Shown piece by piece: positions 46,236-56,519 of a stretch of DNA of 64,000 nt (positions within the stretch are counted from its first letter, which is position 1; each line of letters starts with the position of its first letter). The position numbers and the translations under genes are program-made. This DNA is from Rhodothermales bacterium. Its GTDB lineage: Bacteria; Bacteroidota; Rhodothermia; Rhodothermales; VXPQ01. The stretch lies in NCBI GenBank assembly GCA_040904565.1, contig JBBDTI010000072.1:9022-73021 (forward strand). Direction: 5' to 3'. Under the pieces are notes generated by a model that was not told the DNA's origin, did no database searches, and worked only from the letters and a program-made list of their open reading frames with translations.

Positions 46236-47499
46236 CGGCCTGTCCGAGTAGCGTTTGATAGCGCACCATGGCGTAGCGTAGCTCGATCTCGTGGCGCCGG
46301 CTATCCAGCGCGGCGCGATGTTCGGCATGCCGTTCCGTGACGTATTCCGTGGCTGAGATGACGCCGTTCTCGAATCGACGCGCCGCGCGCTCGGCAATCC
46401 GCGTTCGAAGCGACTCGATCTCGACATCGCGTTCTACCAGCGCACGCAGCCGCTCCACCTCCTGCCACGCCCGCTCGGCAGAAGCTTGCACGCGTTGCAC
46501 GAAGGCGTCTTCCTGGGCATCGACTGCGTCCTCCTGCAGCCCGATCACCTGCCGGTCGCGGTCGGCCGAACGCCAGTCCCACACGGACCACGACAGCCGT
46601 ACGCCCATGGAAAAGTACGGGCTCAAGGCATCCTCGAAGATGTCCATCCCCGCCGGGCGCCCATACGCTCCCGTAGCGAAGGCGCCGATGGTCGGCTGCG
46701 CCCGGCGCCGGATCTGCTCCCGCTGCAGGGTAAGACGCTTCCTGCGCGTCTCGAACACCGTGAATTGCGGGTGGTCCGCCACGACTTCCGGAACGGACGC
46801 GTCGACGTCCGGCACGACGAGGGTCACGTCGTCGGACAGATTCAATCCCGTTAGAACGGATAGCGCCGCCAGGGCTCCGCGCCGGGTCTGCTCCGCCGTC
46901 TCGATCCGCTGATCCACGCTCAGCAGCTCCACGTCGAGCACGTCGAGGGCCTCGCCGGATACTACCCCCTGGTCGATCCGCGCCAGGATGGCGGCGCGGC
47001 GCGCCTGGAGTTCATCGCGCAGGACGCCGAGCGTGGCGGCCACCTCGCGCTGGATCAGCGCCCCGAAGAAGACGTCGTTGATATGCGTCTTTAGTTCGTG
47101 CAGCGCCACGCCCACCTCCCCTTCCGTAGCCCGAACGGAGGTCTCCGCCAGACGGCGCGCCGTTCTGCCGAATCCTCCGTCGTAGATCACCTGGTTCACG
47201 TGCAGGGCTGCCGTGTACTGATCGTGCGGGATGCCCGGGATCTGCGCTCCGGGCAGATCCACGGGAAGCTCGGGAACGGACGAATGATAGACGCCTCGTC
47301 CCTCCAGCATGACGTCCGGCCGGTACCGAGCGTCGATATTCCGGATCTCGAGCTCAGCGATACGCTCGGCAAGGTCTGTGCGCCGCGCCGTCGGAAAATG
47401 TCGTTCGGCCGACTTGTAGCAGGTCGCAAGATCCACCGTATCGGGCGGCAGGTATCCGCCCGTCGTCAGGAGTGCGATAAGTATCGTCATCAAGGTCAT
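46222..47499 (-). CDS. TolC family outer-membrane efflux protein
   Basis: QVIYDGG, LSWSVWDW, RFENGVIS; operon context. Confidence 0.88.
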   Translation of the reverse strand: MTLMTILIALLTTGGYLPPDTVDLATCYKSAERHFPTARRTDLAERIAELEIRNIDARYRPDVMLEGRGVYHSSVPELPVDLPGAQIPGIPHDQYTAALHVNQVIYDGGFGRTARRLAETSVRATEGEVGVALHELKTHINDVFFGALIQREVAATLGVLRDELQARRAAILARIDQGVVSGEALDVLDVELLSVDQRIETAEQTRRGALAALSVLTGLNLSDDVTLVVPDVDASVPEVVADHPQFTVFETRRKRLTLQREQIRRRAQPTIGAFATGAYGRPAGMDIFEDALSPYFSMGVRLSWSVWDWRSADRDRQVIGLQEDAVDAQEDAFVQRVQASAERAWQEVERLRALVERDVEIESLRTRIAERAARRFENGVISATEYVTERHAEHRAALDSRRHEIELRYAMVRYQTLLGQADEYR

Positions 47500-47550
47500 G
47501 ATCTCGGACGCGGACGCAGCGCGATGCCGCCGTCGGTATGGGCACGTCTA

Positions 47551-48177
47551 TCAGGTGGGCTTCAGTGCATGCAGAATGAAGTCGGTGACCACCTCCTTTC
47601 GTTCCTCGATGAACGCATCGTAGGCGGTCTCGTCCAGTCCCGTCACCGTTTCGAGCATGGGCCGGGCGATGAAAGGAAAGACGCAGAGACCGATCAGGTT
47701 GGCGAGGAGATGCTCGGGCTTGATGGGGCGGATCTCCCCGCGATCGACGGCGGCATCGACCTCCCCGCTCAACTGATCGAACACTCCCGCGGCCTGCTGC
47801 CCGATGAATCGCCGCAGTCGACCCGGATTACGGCGCAGTTCCTGGATGATGAATCCCGGCACGTGCGGATGCTTCGACAGCAGGTCGATGTACGCATGAA
47901 CGATCTGGGCAATCTTTTCCGGGACGCCGGCATCGGATCGCACGATGCCGAGGATGGTCGGCAGGACTTTCATCGCTGAGACGCGAAAGACGGCCTCGAA
48001 AAGCTTCTCCTTGCTCCGGTAATAGTAGTGGAGCATGGCCTTGTTGATGCCCGCACGATCCGCAATCTCCTGCATCCGCGCGCCCTCGTAGCCTTGAACG
48101 TGGAACACGTCACGAGCGGCCTCGAAGATCTTCCGCTCCGCCTCCGACTGCTCGCCCATGGGTACAGGTTCGGTCAT
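47551..48177 (-). CDS. TetR/AcrR family transcriptional regulator
   Basis: GYEGARMQEIADRAGINKAMLHYYYRSKEKLF. Confidence 0.95.
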   Translation of the reverse strand: MTEPVPMGEQSEAERKIFEAARDVFHVQGYEGARMQEIADRAGINKAMLHYYYRSKEKLFEAVFRVSAMKVLPTILGIVRSDAGVPEKIAQIVHAYIDLLSKHPHVPGFIIQELRRNPGRLRRFIGQQAAGVFDQLSGEVDAAVDRGEIRPIKPEHLLANLIGLCVFPFIARPMLETVTGLDETAYDAFIEERKEVVTDFILHALKPT

Positions 48178-48277
48178 GCTTGCCGGCCCACTCCTGGTTA
48201 GCCTCGTGCCACCCCCCGGTAGCCACTCGATCTTCTCCGCCGTTTATCGCGGCTCATACCAACAACGTACGTAATGC

Positions 48278-48315
48278 AACCATACGGTTCAACCATTTAG
48301 TTAAATCGGGTGGTT
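48278..48315. promoter_or_regulatory. Three AACC-N4-GGTT-like boxes at 13-bp period, candidate TetR operators
   Basis: AACCATACGGTT (48278), AACCATTTAGTT (48291), AATCGGGTGGTT (48304), about 100 nt upstream of tetR. Confidence 0.6.
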
Positions 48316-48344
48316 AGGACATCGCCGCTCGCGGATTCCATGGC

Positions 48345-48384
48345 CGCGGATGCGTCGTCGCGGATGCGTCGTCGCTGATGTCGT
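48345..48384. repeat. 14-bp tandem repeat (2 perfect copies + 1 degenerate)
   Basis: CGCGGATGCGTCGT x2 then CGCTGATGTCGT. Confidence 0.65.
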
Positions 48385-48481
48385 GGCCTGCGAACGTGCG
48401 CGGAGTCCCGAAACTCTTCACCCCCTACGCTCTTACCTTAGAGCGCAATGTTGCACGAACCAAGAAATCTACCGTACACCT

Positions 48482-49459
48482 ATGAGAACGAAAGCGCTGG
48501 GACGAACCGGTGAAGAGCTTACGACGATCGGCCTCGGCACGTGGGCGATCGGAGGTGGAGACTGGAAATATGGTTGGGGACCGCAGGACGACAGGAAGTC
48601 TATCGCGGCGATCCGCGAGGCGCTCGATCTCGGCGTCAACTGGATCGACACGGCACGCGTTTACGGCCTCGGGCACGCGGAAGGGGTGGTGGGGGAAGCC
48701 ATCAAAGACCGACGGGATGACATCTTCCTCGCCACAAAATGCGGCCGCCACTGGCGTGACGACGGTACGATCTACGGAAACCTGAGTGCCGAAAGCGTTC
48801 GGGAAGAGTGTGAGTCGAGCCTCCGCCGCCTCAACGTCGACGTGATTGACATGTATCAGATCCACTGGCCCGACCCCGACGAAGACATCGAGGAGGGCTG
48901 GACCGAGATCGCGCGTCTTATCGACGAGGGAAAGGTCCGATACGGAGGCGTCTCCAACTTCAACGTGAGCCAGCTGAAGCGCATCCAGGCGATACATCCG
49001 GTCGCGTCGCTGCAGCCGCCGTACAATATGCTCGAACGGGACGTCGAGGCAGAAATACTCCCGTACTGCGCGGCACAAGGAATCGGCGTGGTCGCCTACA
49101 GCCCCATGATGTCGGGCCTGCTTACCGGCAAGTTCTCGCAGGAGTACCTTAATCATCTCGACGAAAGCGACTGGCGGCACGGCAACAAGCATTTTCAGGA
49201 GCCCGCTTTCGGGGCCAATCTCGAATTCGTCGAACGGCTCCGGCCGATCGCGAACCGCAGCGACATCTCCTTGCCGCAGCTGGCCATTGCCTGGGTACTG
49301 AACCGCCCCGAAATAACGTCGGCGATAGTGGGCGCGCGCCGACCGGATCAGATCGAGGAGACCGCCGCCGCGGGCGACGTCGTGCTCTCCGTCGACGACG
49401 TGCAGGCCATCGAGAAACTGCTCGCATGGCGCGAAGAAAGCGTAAGCGCAGCGACCTGA
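48482..49459 (+). CDS. Aldo/keto reductase
   Basis: IGLGTWAIGG, WIDTARVYG, ATKCG, DMYQIHWPD, GVSNF, SLQPPY, AYSP, GARRPDQ. Confidence 0.93.
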   Translation: MRTKALGRTGEELTTIGLGTWAIGGGDWKYGWGPQDDRKSIAAIREALDLGVNWIDTARVYGLGHAEGVVGEAIKDRRDDIFLATKCGRHWRDDGTIYGNLSAESVREECESSLRRLNVDVIDMYQIHWPDPDEDIEEGWTEIARLIDEGKVRYGGVSNFNVSQLKRIQAIHPVASLQPPYNMLERDVEAEILPYCAAQGIGVVAYSPMMSGLLTGKFSQEYLNHLDESDWRHGNKHFQEPAFGANLEFVERLRPIANRSDISLPQLAIAWVLNRPEITSAIVGARRPDQIEETAAAGDVVLSVDDVQAIEKLLAWREESVSAAT

Positions 49460-49527
49460 CGCCTTCGAACGTCTGAAGCCATTCCCTCGTAGAACGCTGG
49501 TCGTTTTTCCATGCATCCCTTACTTGC

Positions 49528-50724
49528 ATGACGCGTTTTTCTCTCACGTACTTCGTCGTATTCGCCGTGCTGACGGCCGCCGGATGTTCGGCACCTCAGC
49601 CCTCCGATCCATCCCCCGAGCCGGCAATCCCGCAAGAGCCGACGCCTTCGCCGCAGTTTGATTTTCTTGCCGTCACCGAAGACGGATTGGTCCTGCTGGA
49701 TGATCTCACCTCCTCCCCTCGGCACATCGCGGACGGCATATGGCAGCGCCGGTTCGTTTCACGATCTCCGTCGGGAAATGAGGCCGTAATTGCCTTCCGG
49801 GACGGCGATTCGACCCGCCTGGCACGCGTGCACGTCGATGAGGGCCGTCTGCGTCGTCTTCATGCGTCCACGGGCGACGTGGAATACACCGCGGCCTGGG
49901 CGCCCGACGCGGAGCGTGTGCTGTTCGGATATCGTTCGTCCGGCTCCGGTGACGTGGCGATCTCCACACCCGACGGCCTCGTCGATCCGGGCTGCTCGTC
50001 CTCTACGGTCGCAGCGCACTGGCCCGACGCCGACCGCCTCGTCACGGGCGACGGCTCGAATCGGTACGTCGTCTCGGCGGACGGCTGTTCCACGTTCGCT
50101 AGCGTGGACGTACGAAAGATGCATCACCTTACGTATCCGACGGGCGGCCGGAAGATGGCATACATCTTTCGGGATCTGGTCTACGACCGAGAGAACCGAA
50201 GCTACGTCCCCGACTCCACCCTGTTTATCGCCGACCTCGACGGATCGAATGCCGAGGAATTGTTCGACGATGCCTACAAGCCGCGGCATCTCGCGTGGTC
50301 CCCGGATGGATCGACGCTGGCCTTCGACGTTCGACTGCAGGAGGCCCCTAATCGGCGTCGCATCGTTTTGAAGGAGCTTGACGCCGAGTTTACGTACCTC
50401 ATCGCGCCAACCGACTTCGCGGACGCCGATGTGGAACGGCCCGTCTGGTCGCCGTCCGGGCGGCACGTTGCATTCGACCTCGTCGAGGACGGCAGCGTAT
50501 CGAAGGCCGTTCGCTCGTTTGGAGGCACCGACGTGCTGACGACGTCCGCCGATTCCACATGGGGATGGGTCGACGACGAAACCCTCATCGTCGTTACAGA
50601 CGACGACTCGCTTCGTGGGTTCTCGATCGACGGTGAAGAACGCTTTACGCTGGCCCCGGAGACTGCTCTCATTCTCGCCCGCGGCCGGGACGTTCCCGGG
50701 GCGCGTTCGAGTCCGTCCGAGTAA
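49528..50724 (+). CDS. TolB-like beta-propeller (PD40 repeat) lipoprotein
   Basis: Lipobox AAGC; repeated WAPD/WSPDG/WSPSG motifs. Confidence 0.75.
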   Translation: MTRFSLTYFVVFAVLTAAGCSAPQPSDPSPEPAIPQEPTPSPQFDFLAVTEDGLVLLDDLTSSPRHIADGIWQRRFVSRSPSGNEAVIAFRDGDSTRLARVHVDEGRLRRLHASTGDVEYTAAWAPDAERVLFGYRSSGSGDVAISTPDGLVDPGCSSSTVAAHWPDADRLVTGDGSNRYVVSADGCSTFASVDVRKMHHLTYPTGGRKMAYIFRDLVYDRENRSYVPDSTLFIADLDGSNAEELFDDAYKPRHLAWSPDGSTLAFDVRLQEAPNRRRIVLKELDAEFTYLIAPTDFADADVERPVWSPSGRHVAFDLVEDGSVSKAVRSFGGTDVLTTSADSTWGWVDDETLIVVTDDDSLRGFSIDGEERFTLAPETALILARGRDVPGARSSPSE

Positions 50725-50816
50725 GTCGACCGGTACGTCCTGCGCCGAAGTCCGATAAAGTTAGCACGTCAGGCGCCGATACGTTCGGAAATGCTTCCTC
50801 CGAACGTTCCTGCGTG

Positions 50817-52757
50817 ATGACCGAACAAATACCCTCTTCCTCGAACGGTACGGTGCCGAACGATTCAGCGCTGTTCCAGGGTATCTACGACGCATTGCCG
50901 GACCCGACCGTACTGACCGATACGGATCGTCGAATCCGGCTCGTGAATATCGCCTTCGACAGGCTGTTCGGCCGGCACAGGGCGGACGTGATCGGACGCT
51001 CCGTGGAGGATCTGTTTGTCGAGGCATTGAACGATACGGATGACCGTGAGACGTTCGACCGGACGTGTCGATCCGGCGACGACGAAACGTTTTGTGGCCG
51101 GGTTTCCGTTTCGGAGGTCTTGTCAGGATCGGAACCGGTAGGATTCCTCTATCACATCCGCGACATTTCGATCGATCTCGACACGACGGACGCCCTGCTG
51201 AAGGCAAAGAACGACGCCGAGCTCGCCGTTCGCACGCAGAGCGAGCTGCTGGCCAAAATAAGCCACGAGATACGTACGCCGATGAACGGTGTCGTGGGAA
51301 TGACGGAGCTCATGCTCAACTCGTCTCTCTCGCACGCTCAGCGTGAGTATGCCGAGTCGATCTTCGATTCCAGCGAATCGCTCCTGAAGCTGGTCAATGA
51401 CCTCCTCGATCTTTCAAAGATCGAAGCGGGCAAGATGGAGCTCGAATCCACCCCCTTCGACCTGTACCGCCTCGCCGGCCAGGTCGTAGAGCTCTTCGCG
51501 CCGCAGGCCGACGCGAAGGGCATCCGTATCGGCTACGACGTAGATCCCGCCCTACCGCCGGAGGTAATAGGAGACTCCCTGAGACTCCGACAGGTGATAA
51601 CGAACCTCGTCAGCAACGCCGTCAAGTTCACGGAGGAAGGAGAGGTCATCACGCGCGTCGCGCTAAACGCCGCCGTCGATGGCACCGCCTCGATCGGCAT
51701 TAGCGTTTCCGACACGGGCATCGGCATCGCTGAAAGTGAAATGCACCGCCTGTTTGAAGCCTTCGGACAGGCATCCGACTCCACCGCACGTCACTACGGC
51801 GGTACGGGACTCGGCCTGGCCATTTCCAGACAACTCGTCGAGCTCATGGGCGGCTCACTCGACGTCCGAAGTGCGCCGGGCGGAGGTTCGACGTTCGAAT
51901 TCGAGATCGAACTCGGAGCCGGCGGATCGGTACCGGATCGACCTGACGACGAGCAGGCCCTCGCCGACCTCTCCGTCCTCCTGGTCGACGGCAGCGATTC
52001 GCTTCGAGCCATCGTCGCCTCGTATCTCCGTAGATGGCAGATAGACGTGCACGAAGCCCGGGATGCATCGGACGCCGTCCGATCTCTCGCCCTGCGGCGC
52101 TACGATGCCGCGCTGATCAGCAACGAGCTGGAGGATATGTCGGGGTTGGCGCTGGCCGAACAACTCCAATCTGTCCGCGAGCGCGACGGGCTCAAGTTTA
52201 TCCTCATGGCGTGCTTCAAGGACCGCGTCCTCACGGACGACCTTCTGGGTGCCGGATTCGACGCATGCCTCGCGCAACCCGTCTGGCCGCACCGCCTCCG
52301 GTCGGCCCTGACCACAGCCCTCGGTGAAACGCAATCTGTAGCGGACGCGGACACCGCTGCGACGTCCACGGCGCCTCCAGGCAGCCGCGTCCTCCTGGTG
52401 GAAGACAACGCCGTCAACCAGCGCGTCGCGTGTGCCCTGTTGGAGCGGCTCGGCTACGAGTACGAAGTCGCCGACGACGGCCAGTCGGCCCTTGGCGCCC
52501 TCGAAACGGGGCGGTTCGATGTGGTGCTGATGGACTGCCAGATGCCGCAGATGAACGGATTCGAAACCACGCAGCGCATTCGCGAGCTGACGGGCGAGCG
52601 ATCGCGGGTGCCCATTATCGCTCTGACGGCAAACGCCATGAAAAACGACAGGGAACGCTGCCTCAAAGCCGGCATGAACGACTATCTCACGAAGCCCTTC
52701 AATTCCACGTCACTGAAGGAAACCCTGGATCGTTGGATTGCAGAGCACAGGCCCTGA
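50817..52757 (+). CDS. Cytoplasmic hybrid histidine kinase (PAS-HisKA-HATPase-pseudoREC-REC)
   Basis: ISHEIRTPMNG, NLVSNAVKFT, DTGIG, GGTGLGL, MDCQMP. First receiver is degenerate. Confidence 0.93.
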   Translation: MTEQIPSSSNGTVPNDSALFQGIYDALPDPTVLTDTDRRIRLVNIAFDRLFGRHRADVIGRSVEDLFVEALNDTDDRETFDRTCRSGDDETFCGRVSVSEVLSGSEPVGFLYHIRDISIDLDTTDALLKAKNDAELAVRTQSELLAKISHEIRTPMNGVVGMTELMLNSSLSHAQREYAESIFDSSESLLKLVNDLLDLSKIEAGKMELESTPFDLYRLAGQVVELFAPQADAKGIRIGYDVDPALPPEVIGDSLRLRQVITNLVSNAVKFTEEGEVITRVALNAAVDGTASIGISVSDTGIGIAESEMHRLFEAFGQASDSTARHYGGTGLGLAISRQLVELMGGSLDVRSAPGGGSTFEFEIELGAGGSVPDRPDDEQALADLSVLLVDGSDSLRAIVASYLRRWQIDVHEARDASDAVRSLALRRYDAALISNELEDMSGLALAEQLQSVRERDGLKFILMACFKDRVLTDDLLGAGFDACLAQPVWPHRLRSALTTALGETQSVADADTAATSTAPPGSRVLLVEDNAVNQRVACALLERLGYEYEVADDGQSALGALETGRFDVVLMDCQMPQMNGFETTQRIRELTGERSRVPIIALTANAMKNDRERCLKAGMNDYLTKPFNSTSLKETLDRWIAEHRP

Positions 52758-52881
52758 TGCACGCGACCACTTGCCCCGGTACGCACTGCCGCCCGAATCT
52801 ACTTGCACAATTCGTCGCGTTGCCCTACCTAATAGACGAATCAACCTCGATCAAATCCTGACTCACTGCTTGCAGGCGACC

Positions 52882-52911
52882 AAGCCTCGCACGTCCGACG
52901 TGCGAGGCTTT
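52882..52911. terminator. Perfect 13-bp hairpin, probable bidirectional intrinsic terminator
   Basis: AAGCCTCGCACGT-CCG-ACGTGCGAGGCTT between convergent genes. Confidence 0.75.
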
Positions 52912-52924
52912 CGTCTATCTGCGA

Positions 52925-55900
52925 TCAGAGCGCATCGTTCGTCACGTAGCGTGTGTGGTACTCCCGCCAGTCGTCCGCATGCCGGCGGTAGACCGGATCG
53001 TCTTCCAGGGGACCGCGCGGACGATCGTAGCCGGGCATATCTTGAGCCGGCAGGGGCAGTACGGTATCGGAATACTTCGTATTGTAGTCGCCGTCCTTGA
53101 CCCAGCCGTCGCCGATCAGCACGTAATCGCGCGTCCAGCCCGGGGGAGGATCGTCCGGGGCTTCAAATTCGAAACGCAGTTCGTCACCGGCATTCATGAT
53201 CACGTACCGGTCGTCGACCGTCTGGAGAAGCTCGCGCACGTCGCCGAAGCGGGTATAGTACCCCTCAAGATCCTGCCACACCTGTGCGGTCGACGCCAGC
53301 TCGTCGTATACCGGTACTTCCGGATGCGTCCGATCCGGCTCCACGACAGCCGAGTAACCTCGGTAGGCGAGTTCGGCCCTGGATGCTTCCAGCCGCGTCG
53401 TCCGAAGCTCGGCACCCGGACGCGCAACCGCCCACGAGATGGCATCCCAGTAGATCTCAAGGTTCGTCGTCAACCGTACGACCTGTTCGGCCGGAAACAC
53501 GTCCGTGAGATCGACGACTATCGTCTTGTGCTTCCCGGCCGGGAATCCCAGATTCGGATAGACGGTCGTCCACCCTCCGCGGCCGTCCGGTACCTCGAGA
53601 TGGAGTCCAGCCGGCGGTGCGTGACTGCCCTGGGCCAGCGCCACGTTGATCGAGCTGTCGGTCGGACGGATCCAGCCCGACGCCAGGAGCCGAAGCGGTT
53701 GGTCCGAAGGGGCATCCGTCAGATCGACCTCTATCGAGTGCTCCTCGGCGATGCCCTGGTACTGGCCCTTCTCGAACGCGGCGAGATAGCGCGCGTCTTC
53801 GGACGCGACGAGGTCCGTGACGTCGCGTCCGGCGTCGTCCGTTACACGGGAGACCGGTACGGGCTCACCGGTTACGTGCACGTCCAGCTCGGGAGGCGGA
53901 AACGCGAAGCGCTCGTCGACGAAGATGTCCGTACCTATCGGATGGTCGACGACCATAAGCGATACGTGATCGAAGAAGTGCGTCTCCCAGAGTTCGGCCG
54001 TGATACGGAGGTCGTAGGCACCGTCCTTCGGAACGAGCTGGTCGCCGCCGATCTTTACCCAATCTTCGGTCATCATGACCCCGGCCGTTTCCTGGGCATT
54101 GATGGCCAATCCGAGCGGCGACCGCCAAATGAAATCCGTAACGAAGCTCATGCCCTCACCGTCGTAGGCAAACAGCCATGGACACGACCCTTTGAGTCGC
54201 TGCCTGGTCTCCACCGTTTCGCTCGCCGAGAGGTCGAATTCCGCCTGGATGTCGCCGTTCGGCCACACGATCCGAGCGACCTCCACGGCGTCGCGCTCCC
54301 CCAGACCGAAGTGCACGGTGGGCTGCGTAATGGGCTGTTTCTGATAGAGGAGGCCGGACCGCACCTCGATTTCGCCGCCGATGCCGAACGGGTTGATACG
54401 CTGATCGCCCGTCGCGTCAGCGGCGAGCGGACGCACGCTGGCCGAGCGATAGTCCAGTGAGCCGGTATTGTCGAGGCGCACGGCCGCCGCGCCGGCGGCC
54501 GTTCCCACGAGATCCAGGCGTCCGTCCCCCGTCATGTCGGCGAGCGAATACACATCCGCCTCCAGTTCGGAGTCCGTCTGCGTGAAGACGCTGTCGGCGC
54601 CGCTCAGAAAGATCGCTGCTCGTCCGCCCGCCGAGGCCAGCACATCCAGCCCCCCGTTGTTATCCAGATCCATGGCGAAGAGCCTGGCCGGGGCATCGGA
54701 CTCGAGATCCCAATTCGCGACCGTCTCGGCGGCTTCCTGCGTCGCACCGACCGCCTGTTGATGCCGTACCACCTCGCCGTCGGCACGGAGCATGACGAGT
54801 TCGAAGATGCCGTCGGCGTTCAGATCCGCCGCGGTGATCGCCCGCACCTGATTATCGATCTCGCGGTGCGAGAATCCTTCCGACCGATCGTTGCGGAAAT
54901 AATGAACGCGCCCGGACGCATCGAGAAAGAAGGCGTCCGGATCCCCGTCCCGATCCATATCCGCCCACGCAAAGCCGCGGACGGACGACGCCTCGCCAAA
55001 CCGGTCTAACACGCTGAACGTCTCGTCGCCGTTGTTTCGCAGAACGATCGATGGCCCTTCCACGCCGGCAAGAATCAGATCCAGGTCCCCATCCATGTCG
55101 ACGTCCGCCGTCCAGGCGGCCGCATAGGCCGCATCCCGCACGCCGGTGGTCGGAAGCACATCGGCCGAGACCTCGACGAATGAACCGTCATCCGCACCGC
55201 GATACAGACGAAATCCATTCGGCCCGGCGAGTCCGACGTCGATCTGAAAATCGTAGTTGTAGTCCGTCGCCACGAAACCGTCCGCCGTCAGATCGCCCGG
55301 CATTTCCAGGACCGTGCCATCCTCGAACACGACCTCGCCGTCACGCCCGGCCACCGCTACGGGTCCCGTCGACGCCGAGCGCGTCGTCGCACGCACCCAG
55401 CGCCACGACGCATCCGCCGCTTCGAGGTCCGCCAGCAGCGGCGAAGATGTAAACGTCAGCCGTTCATCCCGTGCAGCGTGGCGGCGCGGGGGCGAAGGAA
55501 GTGCGATGAACGTGCTGATGAGCTCCGTCGGCTGTCCCGGCTGCGTTCGCACAGCGGCAAGGCTCTCCCGATAGGCCGGTTCGCGCTTCAGGACGTTCGT
55601 GAAAAACGTCAGCTCCGTAATCGTCTCCGATCGATCGCCCTCCTCCCTCGCCCGCTCTAGCGATGCAAACTGGTCCAGCGTTTCGGCAGACCAGTTCGTC
55701 GAAAAGTCATGCAGCCGATCCATCGTACGGACAAACGCCGCGCTGTCATCCGCGATGACGTCGAGGCGCGCCCGCTCGACGAGTACGGCGAGATTGTTCG
55801 GGTGAATCTCGAGAATGGCGTCGACGAGCCGTCTCACATCTTCCATGGCCGCGTCCCCGCGCAGGGTTTCCAGTTGTTCTGCCAGGGCATAGATGGCGCG

Positions 55901-56338
55901 TACGTTCCGAGGATCCAGCTCGCGCGCCCGCTCGAAATGCGTGATGGCTTCCTCGGCATTCCCCCGGGTCGCCTCCACGAGTCCCAGCAAGAAGCGAATC
56001 CGGCTTTCGTTCGGGGCTAGCTCCTGCGCGTGACGGAGCCGGTCAACGGCCACGTCGAGCTCGTTGCGTCGAAGAGCAAGCAGCCCGAGATTGGCCCAGG
56101 CGGCCGCCTCGTCCGGTGCAAGCTCTACCACACGAAGGAGCAGTTCCTCCGCCCGCCGATCTTCTCCAACTTCGATCGCCGCAATGGCCGTGTGGAAAGC
56201 CGTCACCACTTCGGCGTACGCGTCGGACGAAGGAGAAGGCATCCGCTCACCACATCCGGCCGTCACGCCTATAAGCAGGGCGACGGCGATCCGTGCCGAA
56301 AGAGTTACAGCGGGCGTTCCGGTAAGACGATCGAACAA
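52925..56338 (-). CDS. TPR + FG-GAP/VCBS repeat + ASPIC/UnbV (CRTAC1-like) lipoprotein
   Basis: Lipobox TAGC, TPRs (AWANLGLL), repeated DxDxDGxxD loops, HFGLG...RIVWPNG, C-terminal KGSCP domain. Start uncertain (56338 TTG, 56506 or 56635). Confidence 0.85.
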   Translation of the reverse strand: MFDRLTGTPAVTLSARIAVALLIGVTAGCGERMPSPSSDAYAEVVTAFHTAIAAIEVGEDRRAEELLLRVVELAPDEAAAWANLGLLALRRNELDVAVDRLRHAQELAPNESRIRFLLGLVEATRGNAEEAITHFERARELDPRNVRAIYALAEQLETLRGDAAMEDVRRLVDAILEIHPNNLAVLVERARLDVIADDSAAFVRTMDRLHDFSTNWSAETLDQFASLERAREEGDRSETITELTFFTNVLKREPAYRESLAAVRTQPGQPTELISTFIALPSPPRRHAARDERLTFTSSPLLADLEAADASWRWVRATTRSASTGPVAVAGRDGEVVFEDGTVLEMPGDLTADGFVATDYNYDFQIDVGLAGPNGFRLYRGADDGSFVEVSADVLPTTGVRDAAYAAAWTADVDMDGDLDLILAGVEGPSIVLRNNGDETFSVLDRFGEASSVRGFAWADMDRDGDPDAFFLDASGRVHYFRNDRSEGFSHREIDNQVRAITAADLNADGIFELVMLRADGEVVRHQQAVGATQEAAETVANWDLESDAPARLFAMDLDNNGGLDVLASAGGRAAIFLSGADSVFTQTDSELEADVYSLADMTGDGRLDLVGTAAGAAAVRLDNTGSLDYRSASVRPLAADATGDQRINPFGIGGEIEVRSGLLYQKQPITQPTVHFGLGERDAVEVARIVWPNGDIQAEFDLSASETVETRQRLKGSCPWLFAYDGEGMSFVTDFIWRSPLGLAINAQETAGVMMTEDWVKIGGDQLVPKDGAYDLRITAELWETHFFDHVSLMVVDHPIGTDIFVDERFAFPPPELDVHVTGEPVPVSRVTDDAGRDVTDLVASEDARYLAAFEKGQYQGIAEEHSIEVDLTDAPSDQPLRLLASGWIRPTDSSINVALAQGSHAPPAGLHLEVPDGRGGWTTVYPNLGFPAGKHKTIVVDLTDVFPAEQVVRLTTNLEIYWDAISWAVARPGAELRTTRLEASRAELAYRGYSAVVEPDRTHPEVPVYDELASTAQVWQDLEGYYTRFGDVRELLQTVDDRYVIMNAGDELRFEFEAPDDPPPGWTRDYVLIGDGWVKDGDYNTKYSDTVLPLPAQDMPGYDRPRGPLEDDPVYRRHADDWREYHTRYVTNDAL

Positions 56339-56519
56339 GTTGGCACGTAGTTGGTGGACGGTCGCTTCACGAGGTGAAAGGTAAGCATTCCCGGCGTGGA
56401 TATCGTACCGCGCCGGGAACGCGGCCGACGAGGTACCCGATGTGCCGGAGTCTGGAGACGCACGGGGCTGTACGTAGGCCGCACCGGGGCCGCAAGTACG
56501 CCGCATGTAGACTTTGCAC

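Noticed and set aside
38279-48384. Short repeats at 38279 and 48345 as CRISPR arrays
   Set aside because: Units of 12-14 bp, no spacers, and no cas genes.
51960-52320. Degenerate first receiver domain in the hybrid kinase
   Set aside because: Pseudo-receivers are common in such kinases; not notable.
52955-54460. 501-aa plus-strand ORF
   Set aside because: Antisense to the TPR/FG-GAP gene; shadow ORF.
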